A stretch of DNA of 63,614 bases, filler included, from Octopus bimaculoides (lineage: Eukaryota): assembly GCF_001194135.2 (NCBI RefSeq). It is 5 parts of 5 records of this genome, joined end to end, with 100 filler letters (N's around TTAATTAATTAA, not from the genome) between each part and the next. Parts side by side here need not be neighbours in the genome. Positions count along the whole stretch, not along the records: positions 1 to 29,964 come from NC_069002.1; positions 30,065 to 46,414 come from NC_068999.1; 3 more parts are not named here. One strand, 5' to 3'. The notes beneath the pieces are model-generated. The model was not told the origin of the DNA. It worked only from the letters and a program-made list of their open reading frames with translations, and searched no databases. Below, piece by piece: positions 22,621-35,950 of the stretch (position 1 is its first letter; every line of letters starts with the position of its first letter). Made by a program: the position numbers and the translations under genes.

Positions 22621-23029
22621 GGTAATCTTCCAGTTTCGAGAGGTTAAAAAGTAAATAAAATACAAGGGAAATAACTGAACGTCTTACCATTATTATCCAT
22701 ACTACTTTGTTTATAAATAATAACTGTTTATATATAAATTACACACGTGATTGAATATCATAGTTTCTTATGAGAAATCGAAAATGCCTCGTGGAAGACC
22801 GGCTGCACAACATCTAACCGTAACCCTAACCCTAAACTTTTATTAAAAAAAAATTCCGTCGCATGCTGTTTGTAAAAAGAAAAAAAACATTTAAAACTTC
22901 TATAAAAAAAATTCCGTCGGATGCTGTTTTAGAGAAAAAGTAGTACGGATAATACTGGTAAGTCGTTCAGTTATTTCCCTTGAATATTTTTATTTATTTC
23001 TTTTACCTCTCGAAACTGGAAGATTACCA
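22621..23029. mobile_element. MITE with ~95-bp terminal inverted repeats and an internal TAACCC repeat
   Basis: ggtaatcttccagtttcgagagg...gggaaataactgaacg..ttacca versus tggtaagtcgttcagttatttccc...cctctcgaaactggaagattacc. The flanking direct repeat ATAGGG lies at 22615-22620 and 23030-23035. Confidence 0.85.
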
Positions 23030-23639
23030 ATAGGGTCTCCCATTTTATCCTTGTTAGCGTATTTCTTAGCGTTGTTGATATTGTTTTTAGCTCCTTCACC
23101 CAGTCAGACATGAACGAGCTGTTTGAGGATATAGTGTATCTAGAACTATCCANNNNNNNNNNNNNNNNNNNNNNNNNNNNNNNNNNNNNNNNNNNNNNNN
23201 NNNNNNNNNNNNNNNNNNNNNNNNNNNNNNNNNNNNNNNNNNNNNNNNNNNNNNNNNNNNNNNNNNNNNNNNNNNNNNNNNNNNNNNNNNNNNNNNNNNN
23301 NNNNNNNNNNNNNNNNNNNNNNNNNNNNNNNNNNNNNNNNNNNNNNNNNNNNNNNNNNNNNNNNNNNNNNNNNNNNNNNNNNNNNNNNNNNNNNNNNNNN
23401 NNNNNNNNNNNNNNNNNNNNNNNNNNNNNNNNNNNNNNNNNNNNNNNNNNNNNNNNNNNNNNNNNNNNNNNNNNNNNNNNNNNNNNNNNNNNNNNNNNNN
23501 NNNNNNNNNNNNNNNNNNNNNNNNNNATATATATATATATATATATATATACAATGTTTTTTCAATTGCATGGACTAAAAGTCGGAGGGGGACAGGATAA
23601 AACTACCTGCATCAACTTGCTATAAAAGCAGGTGGTAAA

Positions 23640-24340
23640 TTTACCTTGTCCTTATTCCTAGTGCAGTTCGATTTTAACAGTTACTTTTTCAAAGCTATAA
23701 TGGAAGTGACAAAGGAGCATATTCAGCATATTTTGCTTTATGAGTTCAATAAAGGCATCAACATAACGGAAAAGGCAAGGAATATTAATGCAGTATATGG
23801 GGATCGGACAATAAGCATAAACCAGTGTCAACAGTGGTTCCAGAAAATCCAAGCCAGAAACTACGGCCTAGAAGACAAGCCTCATCCTGGAAGACCTGTA
23901 GAGGTTGACGAATACATTCTGCAAACCCTGGTGGAACAAAATCCCATCATAACTGTTGAGAAGCTAGCAGAGAAGCTTGGATTTGGTCATTCAACCAGTC
24001 TTTCAAGTCAGAACTGGAACAAAAATGACTATCTTTGGTTTCAAGACAAAAGGTGTTCTTCCATGAGGATAATGTTTGGCCACATACAGCAAGGATAACA
24101 TTCTAAAGGCTGGAGCAGTTTGAATGAGAAACTATGCCTTGCCCACTATATTTGCTGCACATTGCTCCATCTGATTATCATTTATTCTGCTGTCTTCAAA
24201 ATTGTTTGGATGGAAAAAACATGAATTCTGTAGATGAGGTCAGAACAATACTGGATGAGTATTTTTTGTCACGGACAAGTGAATTTTGGAAGTGGGGCCT
24301 TGCAAGTCTACCTGATAGATAGAAGAGCATTCTAGAAAAT
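23640..24340 (+). mobile_element. Mariner transposase remnant (internally deleted), in intron 2
   Basis: MEVTKEHIQHILLYEFNKG..ARNINAVYGDRTIS..QWFQK..LEDKPHPGRP (mariner HTH) and HIAPSDYHLF (YSPDLAPSDYHLF motif). Confidence 0.9.
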
Positions 24341-25214
24341 ATATATATATCATTATTATTATTCTTACTGGGCTGTTAATTGCAGACTCAGTAGAACAGT
24401 AGGCACAACGTCCTGCATCATTTAGTTATATCTATTTATGCTTTGTATTCAAATCCCATATCAATTGATTTTGTCTTTATGCTTCTGGTGATGATATAAT
24501 TGATTATAATAGATTATTACCCTTCCTAAATATCTGTGGTGTTTTGTGAATATCATCATTATTTCCTAATCTTTGTCTTTTTCCGTTAAGTTATCTTTAT
24601 TCTATTGCTATATCTCATACTTTATCATCTTCAAGATACTATATGATTCAAAGTTTGTTGTCTTACTAATAAAGTGCAGACTAATAAGATATCCACTATA
24701 TGATCATTGATCTTGCAGAAATATCAACCAAATCTCCTGGAAACCTTATCCCAACATTGGATAATGTAATCCAGAGAATAGTGTACCTGAAGAGAAAAAA
24801 AAACACAGGATGTTCTTGGCTTTCTTAAACCAACATTTGCTTCAGTTAAACGATCTTTGCTGATTTTTTTCCTTCAATCCACTGGCCTTAAACTGTTTAA
24901 GTAACTTGTAATTATTGATCAAATATACAAAATCACATAACCTTGTTTGGTAATTTAATCCCTCTAAAATCTAAGAATAATTTCATTTCATATTATATAG
25001 ATAGAAACTTTTCAGCATGCACCATTTCCTTTTCCTGAGAACTTCATCACAACAGTGCAATAAGTCACCATACTTTTTATTCATATGCCGGCAAGATTTT
25101 ATCTTTGATTAAGAGGTTTCCCACCTCTGTTTCCTCGTTGATGATGTTGCTGTTATTGTCATTGATATGTTTCGGTTTAGTTTTATCATCTCTTTTATTT
25201 TTCATGTTTTTCAG

Positions 25215-26310
25215 GTATATATATTGCGGCAAAGTAGAACTTACAACAGACACGACTCTTCCAATACTCTTACTTGCGGATAAATACTCTCTGTCTAGTT
25301 TACGTAAATCTTGTGTAGATTATATGCTGCGACACATTGTGGAATCACCAGACACTAACAGGACACTGACGTGGTACCAGTATGCCAAAATGACTAACCA
25401 GGATGAGTTGGCAGCCAACTGCTTGAAATTCATCACATCAAACTTTGACCTTATTCTTCGCACAGCTGATTGGCTGGACGTTTCTGACTCTGAAGTTGAA
25501 GAGTTCTTGAAAAACTCTGAGCTTCTTGTTAGCAGTGAAGCTGCTCTCTGGAAGGAGGTTGAGAAATGGCTGGTGGTTTCTGAAAGCCGACTAGAAAAAA
25601 CTGAAGATAATTTGGCAAAAATAATTCCGCTGTTACGCTTTAGTATGATGACACCACGCCAACTCTTGGACATTGAGTCTTCCAATTTGTGTCATAATAA
25701 CCCAGACATTTTCAGTCCACCATTAAATGCAGCTTATCGCTATCATTCACTTTCGTCTGATGTTCTTACTGATATTGGCAAGGAACCTTACCGAAATTAC
25801 ACGGATGACTCATATTCTATTTGTTGCAAAATTGGTCTTCAGAAGTACCGGGAAGTAACCAAAATTAACAGCAAAATCGATGCGATGTTTGATGTACCAA
25901 TTGTTTATGCTGCTCCCTCCCGAACAGTTGTTAAGAAATTTACTTTCCGTGTGGAATTCTTCTCAAAGGGCTATTTCAGTGCATATTCTTTATATGGACG
26001 TTATCTTGGTCGTCAGACAGATATGACCATGATGAACATAGACTGTACGGTGACACCAGATCTGGCCCTTAAAGTAGAGTTCACAATTGTATTCTATGGT
26101 AAAAAGAAAGACTTGGAATATGTTGTGTACACCTACCATGGTGCCCACACATTTAGTCGAGATAGCTGTGGGGCTGTTGTTGAGAATGTAATACCTTTGA
26201 AATTGTTGACGCAAAAAGATTCTGTGTATCTCATCGATGGAAATTTAGTAGGAAGTATTTTTATAAAAGTACAGAAGGTTATACAAACCTCACAGAATTT
26301 TAATAACTAG
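25215..26310 (+). CDS. BTBD17: BTB/POZ-BACK domain protein (BTBD17-like), coding exon 3: end of BTB, BACK domain, C-terminal beta-rich domain
   Basis: Acceptor tttttcag ends at 25214. Reads YIYCGKVELTTDTTLPILLLADKYSLSSLRKSCVDYM...LLVSSEAALWKEVEKW...LRFSMMTPRQLL (BTB end plus BACK). Stop TAG at 26308-26310. The spliced CDS is 218+99+1096=1413 nt, or 470 aa. Confidence 0.93.
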
Positions 26311-27138
26311 AGATACATTTGCCTATGCTTTGCTGAGATACCTTTCATATATTGTGACAGAATAACGCGTGTATGTGTGTATGTGTTTGCATATATATAT
26401 ATCTATGTGTGTTTACATATATGCATATATATGTGTATGTATGTATGCATGCATGCATACATATATATATATATATACACACACACACATATACATACAT
26501 ACATACACACATATATATATACACACACACACACATATACATACATACACACATATACAAACTAAATAATTGAAACAAAATAAAGGGAGATTTTTTTTTT
26601 TTTTTTTTTTTTCATATCTCCTCTTGGCTGTGAAAAACATTTTTCATATGATTTCTTTTAAAATTCAGATTTAAAAACAAAAATATTCATTTTCAGTGTA
26701 GATATGAATTGATATTTATCAAAGTTAAACCTGCTCTTTTGTCATAAAACAGATTTTGTAGAAAAAAATATTAAGATAATCCTTCTTTTGTAATTTTATT
26801 TAATCTGAATGAAGTCACCATTTTTTTTTTTTTTCATGATTCTGTGTGAAAGATGCAAATAATTCTTGCGTTTCATGAAACTGCTTGTTATTTTTATTAT
26901 TAGGTTGACTGAGTGGCAGAAACTATAAAATGTTAAACAAAGTACCTTACATTATTTAAATGCTGAACCCCAACCCTGTCAAATTTGACTCGTTTTAACC
27001 TTCCGAGATTGATAAAAACAAATTAAAAGAAACACCAATAATATAAGGAAAAAAAATTCAGTTGACTGTCTCCCTCCTTTACAAGTATTTGACTTTGTGG
27101 CAATGCTTGAAAGGCTTCTATCAGCAGTGAGGCAGTAG

Positions 27139-27373
27139 AGGTGGTGAGCTGGCAGAAACGTTAGCACGCTGGGCGAAATGCTTAGCGGTATTTCGTCTGC
27201 CGTTACATTCTGAGTTCAAATTCCGCCGAGGTCGACTTTGCCTTTCATCCTTTCGGGGTCGATTAAATAAGTACAAGTTACGCACTGGGGTCGATATAAT
27301 CGACTTAATCCGTTTGTCTGTCCTTGTTTGTTCCCTCTGTGTGTAGCCCCTTGTGGGCAGTAAAGAAATAAGA
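27139..27373 (+). mobile_element. SINE family B (Meta-domain-like), best-preserved copy
   Basis: Head GGTGAGCTGGCAGAAACGTTAGC, B box GAGTTCAAATTCC, central GACTTTGCCTTTCATCCTTTCGGGGTCGATTAAATAAGTAC resembling the MetaSINE domain, and tail TAAAGAAATAAGA. Confidence 0.88.
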
Positions 27374-28484
27374 GGTGGAAAAATCAGCAACACACTGGAC
27401 AAAATGCTCTGCTACATCTCGTTTGCTCACTTTACAATCTGAGTTCAAATCCTGCTGAGGTCAACTTTATCTTTTACATCCTCCTGGAATCAAAAAAGAA
27501 GTATCAATCACATTTTGGAGGTTTATCTAAAATAGTGATGGCCAACATATTCTGCCTTTGCTTAGAGTATTTTCTTTTTATGTCATCCATGGCACATCCA
27601 ATGTCTGTCACCAAAAGAAAATCAATAACTATTAATATCCAGTACCGCTGCCGTAGTCTCCTTTAGAGAGACTTAGAAATATTAATATCTCTATTTCTGA
27701 AAACCAGTGGATGTATTCCACTGAATTTAGGTAAATAATCCTTCGTACAGACGGTCAGTAGCGACGCCTGCTGGGTTCGGCTGCTCTGCATTGATAAGGG
27801 GCAACACCCAGAAACTAGTCTGTAGATGCCAGACCAGCAAGGGGAAGCGGCTGACCTCCCCTGTTTGAAGGTTATAAAGGACAAAGGTTCGTGTGTCACA
27901 TAGCTAACTAGAGAGGTGATGGCCTCTTGGAGCTAATCAACGGCAGCATTCGTCCTATTTTTTGGACTGCCATGCTGGCTTGGCGATAACTATCAATATT
28001 CAAATTATGATACAAAAAAGTGCTAATGCAGCCTATAGTATACTGGTTCAATAGCTTCCTTGTTCTTGGTGTCTTGCACTCACGATGTCATAATTAAATT
28101 CCCTAAAAACATACAAATGTTGCTATCATCCATTTCTGGGTCATATGGCCCACCTTATGTATTTGTTTGACTATACCTACCCCTCAACCAATATTTATAG
28201 CTTTGTGTCTATATTAGAAAATGATTAATCTATTACAATTATTTTTAAAAGTAGTAGTAGTAGTGGTAGTAGTAGTATTTTATTACTATTATTATAAGTA
28301 GTATTAGTAATTTTGTTCAAAGAGGCAGAGAAGTCAAAGATGGTAAAGTATTGCCTTATTGTAGTCATTGTTATTCCCTCCTTACCTCTACACTCTGAGA
28401 TCAAATCACACAGAGGTCTGCTTTGCTTTTTTGTTCTGGAGTTAATAAAAAGGGGGGGTTTTACCTTCACTGGTATTTATTTAA

Positions 28485-28703
28485 CCCTTTAGTCTTCAGA
28501 TTAATTTGTTAAATATAATACTTTTTTCACTCAAATTGTTTTGAATTAATCATACATTATCTTACAGCTTTGAAATTTCGATGGTGAGATAGTTTATTCT
28601 TAGAATATCAATGTAGGTTAGGTGTGAGAGGCTAGATATGGCCAGTTTGAATATAAAACGTAGAACATTTGGGCCGGATATGGCCGACTTAAACACCAAA
28701 GGG
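28485..28703. mobile_element. piggyBac-like MITE
   Basis: TTAA|CCCTTT...AAAGGG|TTAA (TTAA target duplication, CCC/GGG termini). A related right half ends at ~48498. Confidence 0.8.
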
Positions 28704-29304
28704 TTAATTGATTGTTCCCCTCCCAACAACAAACTTATATAACCTTCAGCAAAAGTGGGAAATCATTTTGAGAAGTGACTATTGACAAATCACTCCCTTT
28801 TCCCACTCAAAATTGCTGGCTTTGAGCCTAAACCTAGAACATCAACAACAACAGTTATTATTGGTGAGGGCAAATGGCTTAGTGGTTAGAGTGTTGCACT
28901 CATGATCTAGTAATCATGATTTCAATTCCTAGACCAGGTGATGCGTTGTGTTCTTGAGCAACGCATTTCATGTTGCTCTGCAATCATTTTGACACCTGAT
29001 GCACCTGTTCAGACAACATCGGTTTGATGAAGAGAGTGAACTGATGTGTGGGCATGAACATTTGATCACTCTAAACAAATCATTTGTGCAGGTCATTCGG
29101 CAAAAGGTGAATGCTCATATTTTGTCTTCGGTGGGAGAGTCCATCATCATCATCATTATTAGTCGGGGCACAAGGCCTAGTGGTTAGGTTGTTAGACTCA
29201 TGGTTCTAAGATTGTGGTTTCAATTCCTGGACTGGACAATGTGTTGTGTTCTTGAGCAAAACACTTCATTTCAAATTGTCCTTCAAAAAAAAAAAAAGAA
29301 AAAA

Positions 29305-29530
29305 AGGCCGCAGGCTGGCAGAATCATTAGCACACCGAGTGAAATGCTTAGTAGTATTTTGCCCGTTGCTACGTTCTGAGTTCAAATTCTGCTGAGGTCG
29401 ACTTTGCCTTTCATCCTTTCAGAATCAATAAATTAGTTACCAGTTAAACACTGGGGGCGATGTAATCAACTAGTCCCCTCCCCCAAAATTTCAGGTCTTG
29501 TGCCTATAGTAGAAAGGATAATTATTATTA
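29305..29530 (+). mobile_element. SINE family B
   Basis: Matches the 27139 head and central domain. Confidence 0.85.
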
Positions 29531-29611
29531 TTGTTTCACCAGTCCTCAGTCAAATCGTTTAACCCATACTAGCATGGAAAGCGGACCTTAAACGACGATG
29601 ATGATGATGAT

Positions 29612-29964
29612 TTTATGTTTGACTTTTGCTTTGCATTTGTACAAGTTGGATCTAAGTCTCACCCAGAGACCTCAAGAGACAACAAGTTAGAAGTTCATGT
29701 AGGTGTTATACCTAGGGTACCATATATTTGGATTTGTACATAATGTTTTCAAGCGCTTAACTTTTTCTGCGGGTGTTCGTCTAATTCTTGAATTTGTTGT
29801 AATTGGAATTCACTTAGATATTCCTTTGCCTGTTTTCTTACTGAGTAAGATGCTTTTAGCATCCAGTCCTCAGAGTTTTTCAGATAAGTGTCTAGGCCAA
29901 TTGTGGCTACCTTCATTGTTAATTCCAGCTGTAGAAGTCCACAGCCTCCCTCTTTTCTTGGCAG
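29612..29964 (-). mobile_element. R4/Dong-clade LINE 3' remnant (internally deleted)
   Basis: The minus strand reads LPRKEGGCGLLQLELTMKVATIGLDTYLKNSEDWML (post-RT LYLPRxxGGRGL motif), then a 3' UTR ending ..GTCAAACATAAAAT. Confidence 0.75.
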
Positions 29965-30225
29965 NNNNNNNNNNNNNNNNNNNNNNNNNNNNNNNNNNNN
30001 NNNNNNNNTTAATTAATTAANNNNNNNNNNNNNNNNNNNNNNNNNNNNNNNNNNNNNNNNNNNNATATATATATATATAATGTACGAATGTATGTATATA
30101 TGTATGTATGTAGGCTTACATACTCACATATAAGAACGTTTATGTATGTGTATATGTGTATTTGTTTTCCATTTTATGCATGTGTTGCGTTCCCAAATTT
30201 AATTTTTATTCCCTCTTTCTATATA

Positions 30226-31072
30226 CGAGGATGTATCCAAATGTGTACCGGAAACGTTCTCTATGGGACAATCCGATCGTATTTCAGGCTTCCATCGCTA
30301 GAGGCCAGTTGGTGCAACCCTGAAGCATCAGTCTGCCATCCGTCGGTGTGCCTTTGTTTTGCAGTGCTTCTCTCTTCTGTCGTCGGTTTTTGCGATACTT
30401 AAAACGAAGGAACAATATGCCTCCGTAAAATTCTGTTTCTTCCTGTCATGTTTCAAACAACTTATAAGGACTCTGGCATGAACAAAACACACGCTTCCGA
30501 GTGGTTTTCACTCTTTACGAATGGTCACATGTTGCCTGAAGGCCAATCTCGTTGAAGGCTAATGTCGACGACTCGAATAGATGAAAACATCATGAAAGTT
30601 CGAGAACTGGTCTGGGAGGATCGTCACCGAACAACTGACAAACTTGTTGATACGACAAGTGTGTCCTATAACTCCAAAGAATGAATTTTGAGCGAGGAAT
30701 TTAGAACGAAAATAGTTGGAGCAAAATTTGTGCCTCGTTTGTTCGCGGACGATCAAAAGCAGACACACACGAATGCGTGTTGAACAGTTCAATGTTAACC
30801 CGGATCTTTTTCCAAAGGTTACCGCTGGTGACGAAAGCTGGTGCCACAAATTTGCAGATGTGGAAGAGGTGAATAAAAATCGACGGAGTTGTTAAAAGGC
30901 TACTCTTCGCAAGAGTTCCAGCATACCTTCGAACAGCGGAAAACGCATCTGGACCGACTCATTGCTTCAAATGGAGAATAGTTTGAAGGCGATAAAAGTG
31001 TAAATAAACATTTAAAACTAAATGAATAAAATATTGCAAAATTTCAGTTTGTTTTGGGCGACCCCACACTCG
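30226..31072 (+). mobile_element. Mariner element remnant with TA-flanked termini
   Basis: TA|CGAGG... and ...CTCG|TA ends. The decayed transposase reads KEQYASVKFCF..MFQTTYKDSGMNKTHASEWF..DENIMKVRELVWEDRHRT..GAKFVPRL. Confidence 0.8.
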
Positions 31073-32683
31073 TAATTATATAGTCCCTTCTGTATAGATA
31101 GTAAAATTATATATACTATATATACTACGGTTCTCCAAATAAATTACATTACTTCTGACCTTTCTCAGATGAGATGCGCATGGTTTACACGTAATATATT
31201 ATAAAACCATTTATATTCACATTAATATACATATTTGTATTCATGAATCGTATGCATTGTGTATTGTCGAATCGCTCGGATCTATAGAATTATCGTGAAA
31301 TTTAGTAATATTCATGTCTTCGTGTGTCTTCTTTCAATTTGTGGTTATTTGTCAGCGTGAAATTTGTTTTCGGAATAAATAAAACCGCTTCATCACAAAT
31401 AATGATTCCAGTGTTAGGATATGTGAGTGCTAGTAAACGCTGACTTACTAAATATTCAAAGTTGATTTGGTATAATAAAAAGAGATTTTATCCTGCAATA
31501 TAAGAGATTCTAGCATTTTCGCAAAGTGTAGAGTGTTACTAATGCTATGTACATCTGAATATCTAACTTTCTCTATTGTGCGAGTTGTTTTCAAACCTTA
31601 AAGAATTGTCGCTTACATATATACATATTTTCACCTACAAGTAGAATCTGCCTCAATATTTCTGTATATGGATGTACATGCTTTTAATATATATAGTACC
31701 AAAAAAGATCCTTTCTACTATATGCCTCCTGCTATGTATATTGGCAGTTAAGCAAAAAGCTAATAAAAATCCATAATTTAGACAGAAAATTATATTATAG
31801 TGTAGTCAATTTAATCCACAAGTGGATTCATAACAGGACAGTGTATGACAGGCTAGGCATTACATGAATATATACAGAGAGGTGTAGTAATATATATATA
31901 TATATCGAATAAGAAACGCTTTTATACAAAGCTATAAGGGTGTATGGTTCGTATAGAATATATACATAATTGTAGAAGCAAAACAAATTTTTTGTTTTGT
32001 AGCCATATATTCCTATTTTCAAATTCAAACAGTGGCTGTTATATTATCGTATTTATTACCCTGAGAGTAAACAACAGTATTATATGAAATTGCTTTCACA
32101 AGAGGATCGTCTGCTCTAAATTCTCCTGAGTAGACAGCTCCAAATTCTCCTGAGTTGTCGAAACGCACTGCTCTTTTGGGAGCATTTGATATTTAATTCT
32201 CTAGCTATATACTCGATAATGTAATTTTTTCTGGATATCATATATATATATATATATGACACTCGAAGTTTTAATAATAGGTACACAATATGAAATATCA
32301 CCTATAATGTACCTATTCCATTAAGTTGTACACAAACATAATCTAGAAAATAATCACACCGTAAGATCAATCATATTGGGCACAACTTATACGAACGTTG
32401 TTTCATAATATAAAATCCCAGTTATATTGTATGTATAGAATAGTTTAAAAGAGATAACACTGCTTCGTGTTTGTATATATATAAATATATACAAAGGAAA
32501 CATAGAATCTACTGTTAAAATCCCTATGTTGTTGTACCTTAGTCATTTCTGACATTCTACGTGTTGGTATACCTAGATTCTGATGAATCCTATAACTAAT
32601 CTATATGTATCTCTCTCTTTCGTTTTGTATCTGTCCCTCTCTCACTCTTTCACTTTGTATATTTCTCCCCTTCTCTCTCTCTT

Positions 32684-32759
<76 letters not shown>

Positions 32760-34649
32760 TAGATAGATAGATAGATAGATATAGCAATAAGGAAAGTTTT
32801 TCGGATGGAAATTTATATATGAATGCATTCTACATACCTTTCTGCAGAACACACGCTTGATTGTGACAATATACTGATAAAAAACAGAGTTTTATTAAAT
32901 ATTAATTCTAATATGTATGGATCTTAAAGAAGTCGGTTACTTCATGTGCATATTTCATCAGGCATTGTGCATTAATGGTTTCTGATTGCATCGATGTTTA
33001 ACTTGAGGATATTTATCATTATATACCAATCAGAATGCTCTGTTAGATTTTTGGGTGGTGGATGTGAATCGTGTTGATCTATCAGAGGCATAGACATGTA
33101 GATAATAGATAAATATGTAGACACAAAGTAAGAAAAAAAGAAAGAGATAAAACTGTGTGTCGTTTTGAGATCATTGCTGGCTGACAGAAGGAAAGAGGAA
33201 AGAAAGAAGAAGAAAAAAACACGATATATCAGGAAGATACAGATTGTAGTTGACTGCGTGAATTAAACACCTCCCAATTCCCTGATGATTTGATAGAGCA
33301 GTAAATATAAAGAATAAAGTTTGTTTAGTTAAAATCAATTCCAGATTGCACTCTATAGACGCCAGATATGACATATTTTACATTGAGAGTCGTGTCATTA
33401 GTTATTTTATAGTCTCCTGATGTGATTTCAATGAAGCTCCCTTAAAGGAGGGTGCTATCTGTTCGCAAGTCTTTTATTCTATTTATTTATAGTTGTAGCT
33501 CGTCCTCATTTTCATTATTTCTTTTTTCTTCAGATATATTTTATTAATATATTTATGAAATATATCTGACATTAATATGATTATGAATTATGCCTGTGAC
33601 CTTGATAATTATAATCCGTTACGTTCATAAATGTTTGTAATAAATATTATTCCATATTCACAAATCCCTTCAGGATACTATTCATATTTATTTAGTGTTT
33701 GTTTCATAATGTTCTTTTCAAGTTCTATGAAGGATGTTTCTGCCTATATCATAATACAATTTCCAAATATTTATTAAATATGTTTTTCATGCATATACTA
33801 ATGTGTAGATTCTTCTCATCATAGGTTGCAAACCCGTGATATTCCGTCATAGGTTTTGGCATTTTTCAGTATCCTCTCCTCTCCATTTGAATATTGAGAC
33901 GTGAGTAGCTAATAATGTGCAGAGGGTCTTATTTGCATTTGTAAAGGATGCAATGTGATTTATAGGGCAGTTTTTAGCCGTGTCTGCCGCTGTACCGATC
34001 TACACATATTACTGTGCACTTGCTTGCACTTCACATTTATAAATAGAATTTCGTCTCATGCAGTTGTTCAGAAACTTACAATCGCCTCTGCATCTACAGA
34101 TACACGTTATTGAGATGTTTATCCGTTATATTGTCCTCTTTTTCGACACTTAATCTAGTAGTTGTTTCCTGTGCTATCTGAATGCATGTTTTGGCTACTA
34201 AATAAAAATTAAAAGAGGGTGATGATAGTTATGGTGTCCTCTTGACACAGGAGGTCCTCTAGGTATAATCATGGAAAGCCACCGTCCAAGATCTCCCTGA
34301 ACACCAAGGGCAGGAGTCCTCTCCAATAACTCTTCTCCGACTCACAAGTATATACTTCCACTTTTGAAATTTTCGCAACTTTCACCCATCTTTCAATAAG
34401 ATCACTTGAGGACAACACCTTCTCTCCTCCCTCACTTACTTACTTTTTCAACTGTAACTTGGAAAAGCTTGCTCTACCAAAGAGGAAAGTATCTGTCCCC
34501 CGTACCTTTTAGCGTAGATCAAGAGACAAACTCTTTCGCCACCACCACCAAGCAAAAGAAAACTGCCTTACCTGCTCGATTAAAGGAAATCGGTGCGGCA
34601 ACCTTCATTATGGACTAGGCCAAGAGATGATTCCTTCCCACGTACGACA

Positions 34650-35950
34650 ACAGCTGTTCTACATAATTTCAAAGGTTAGCAATGCCCAGACACAAAGGGC
34701 TCTTGATAGTATTTAAAGAACTAAAGCAATGCGTGATCGCAAAGAAAGAAAAGACATCAAGATACCAGCAGCGAATTAAACAATTCCAGCAAAACAAGCT
34801 CTGCAGGATTTACCAAAACAAGTTCTACCTGGAAAATAATGGAGGATTTGCAAGAGAAGTACTACTCTCAAATGAAAACGAGTGTAATGTTTTGGAGTAA
34901 TATTTAGAGTAATTGAGAAGAGTAGAATAAAAAGGCTGAATGGTTAACAGGTCTGAAGAGAGCCTCTTATATCTGAAACAATCAGAAATTATAATGACAG
35001 AGAGGAATACTTGAGAAAGAGGTAAACCTATGAGCAACTGAAATTCACAATGCCAAATCAGATTGTGTGTGTGGGTGGGGGATTGGATAACAATTTTAAT
35101 AGGGGCCACGTAAGGATTGCAAAACAGCTTAACGTTCTGGTCGAGAATGACTAGGAGACACCATAGTTGCTGAGCAAGAGCAAAACATTGTTATGCATGA
35201 AGGATCCGGCGAGAACTGCAGAATAATATCATGTGGAAGTTAATGACAGAGAAAATTGCCTGCTGATAAGATATATAAACACCTGCATGAGAAGAATATT
35301 TTTTCAGAAGTGCAGAAGCGTGTTAAACAAAACTGTAGGTGCACTAGAGATTCGTTGCTAATTTATAGGACAGTACTAAGTATCTATGAAAAAGGAAGAC
35401 CAATTCGGCAACGTCCTGGATTGCTTACTGGACGGCGTTTGATTTCATCCTACACTCATGCATTAAGAATGCTCAGATATGTGTAGAATTTCAAAGACTA
35501 TGGAAGACTTACTGAGAATGTTTGAAATGATGGAAGAAAGTGGTTATAATTGAAATCAGTAAAAGTACATTTCAATGATTGGTCCCCATTGTTGTTTGTA
35601 CCGTGCTAGTGCCCTTAACGATGATTTTAGAAGGACTAGAGGACGGTATAAGTTTAGACGATAACATCAAAGGGTCAATCATTTAATATTTAGGGATGAT
35701 CTGAAATCATATTGAAAAGACGTATCTCAAAATAGTCCACATGTGGACACGTTGCATGACTTTAAATTGGACATCCTCCGGATTGGACATCCATAAATTG
35801 TACATCCATACAGATATGCGGTGTTCTCTTTCCGAAGCGAGGAAGATCAAACAACTGGACGGAATAGTAATGCATTCAGGAGAGGTTTGACGATAATTAT
35901 CACATACCTTGATCGGCTAGTGTAAAGAATACACACAGAGAAAGTGCCTG
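34650..35950 (+). mobile_element. R4/Dong-clade LINE remnant (pre-RT and RT domain, decayed)
   Basis: ELKQCVIAKKEKTSRYQQRIKQFQQNKL..FY, ADKIYKHLHEKNIFSEVQK..CRCTRDSLLI, PLLFV and NHLIFRDDLKSY (the HLLFMDDLKLY motif). Confidence 0.8.

Noticed and set aside
25105-25214. Hydrophobic N-terminal extension of the 401-aa ORF (signal peptide or TM-like)
   Set aside because: It is T-rich intron sequence upstream of the acceptor at 25214. The BTB domain continues from exon 2 instead.
25320-26214. Minus-strand ORFs overlapping exon 3
   Set aside because: They are antisense shadows of the real coding exon.
30009-30020. TTAATTAATTAA islands inside N gaps (also 46459-46470, 57040-57051, 59891-59902)
   Set aside because: The identical palindromic 12-mer has stop codons in all six frames and is always embedded in Ns. 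It is an assembly spacer, not biology.
32110-32175. Hammerhead-like CTGAGTA-GACAGCTC...GAGTTGTC-GAAAC
   Set aside because: It has an 8-bp stem II, but the core deviates at the conserved G, there is no NUH triplet after GAAAC, and no stem I forms.
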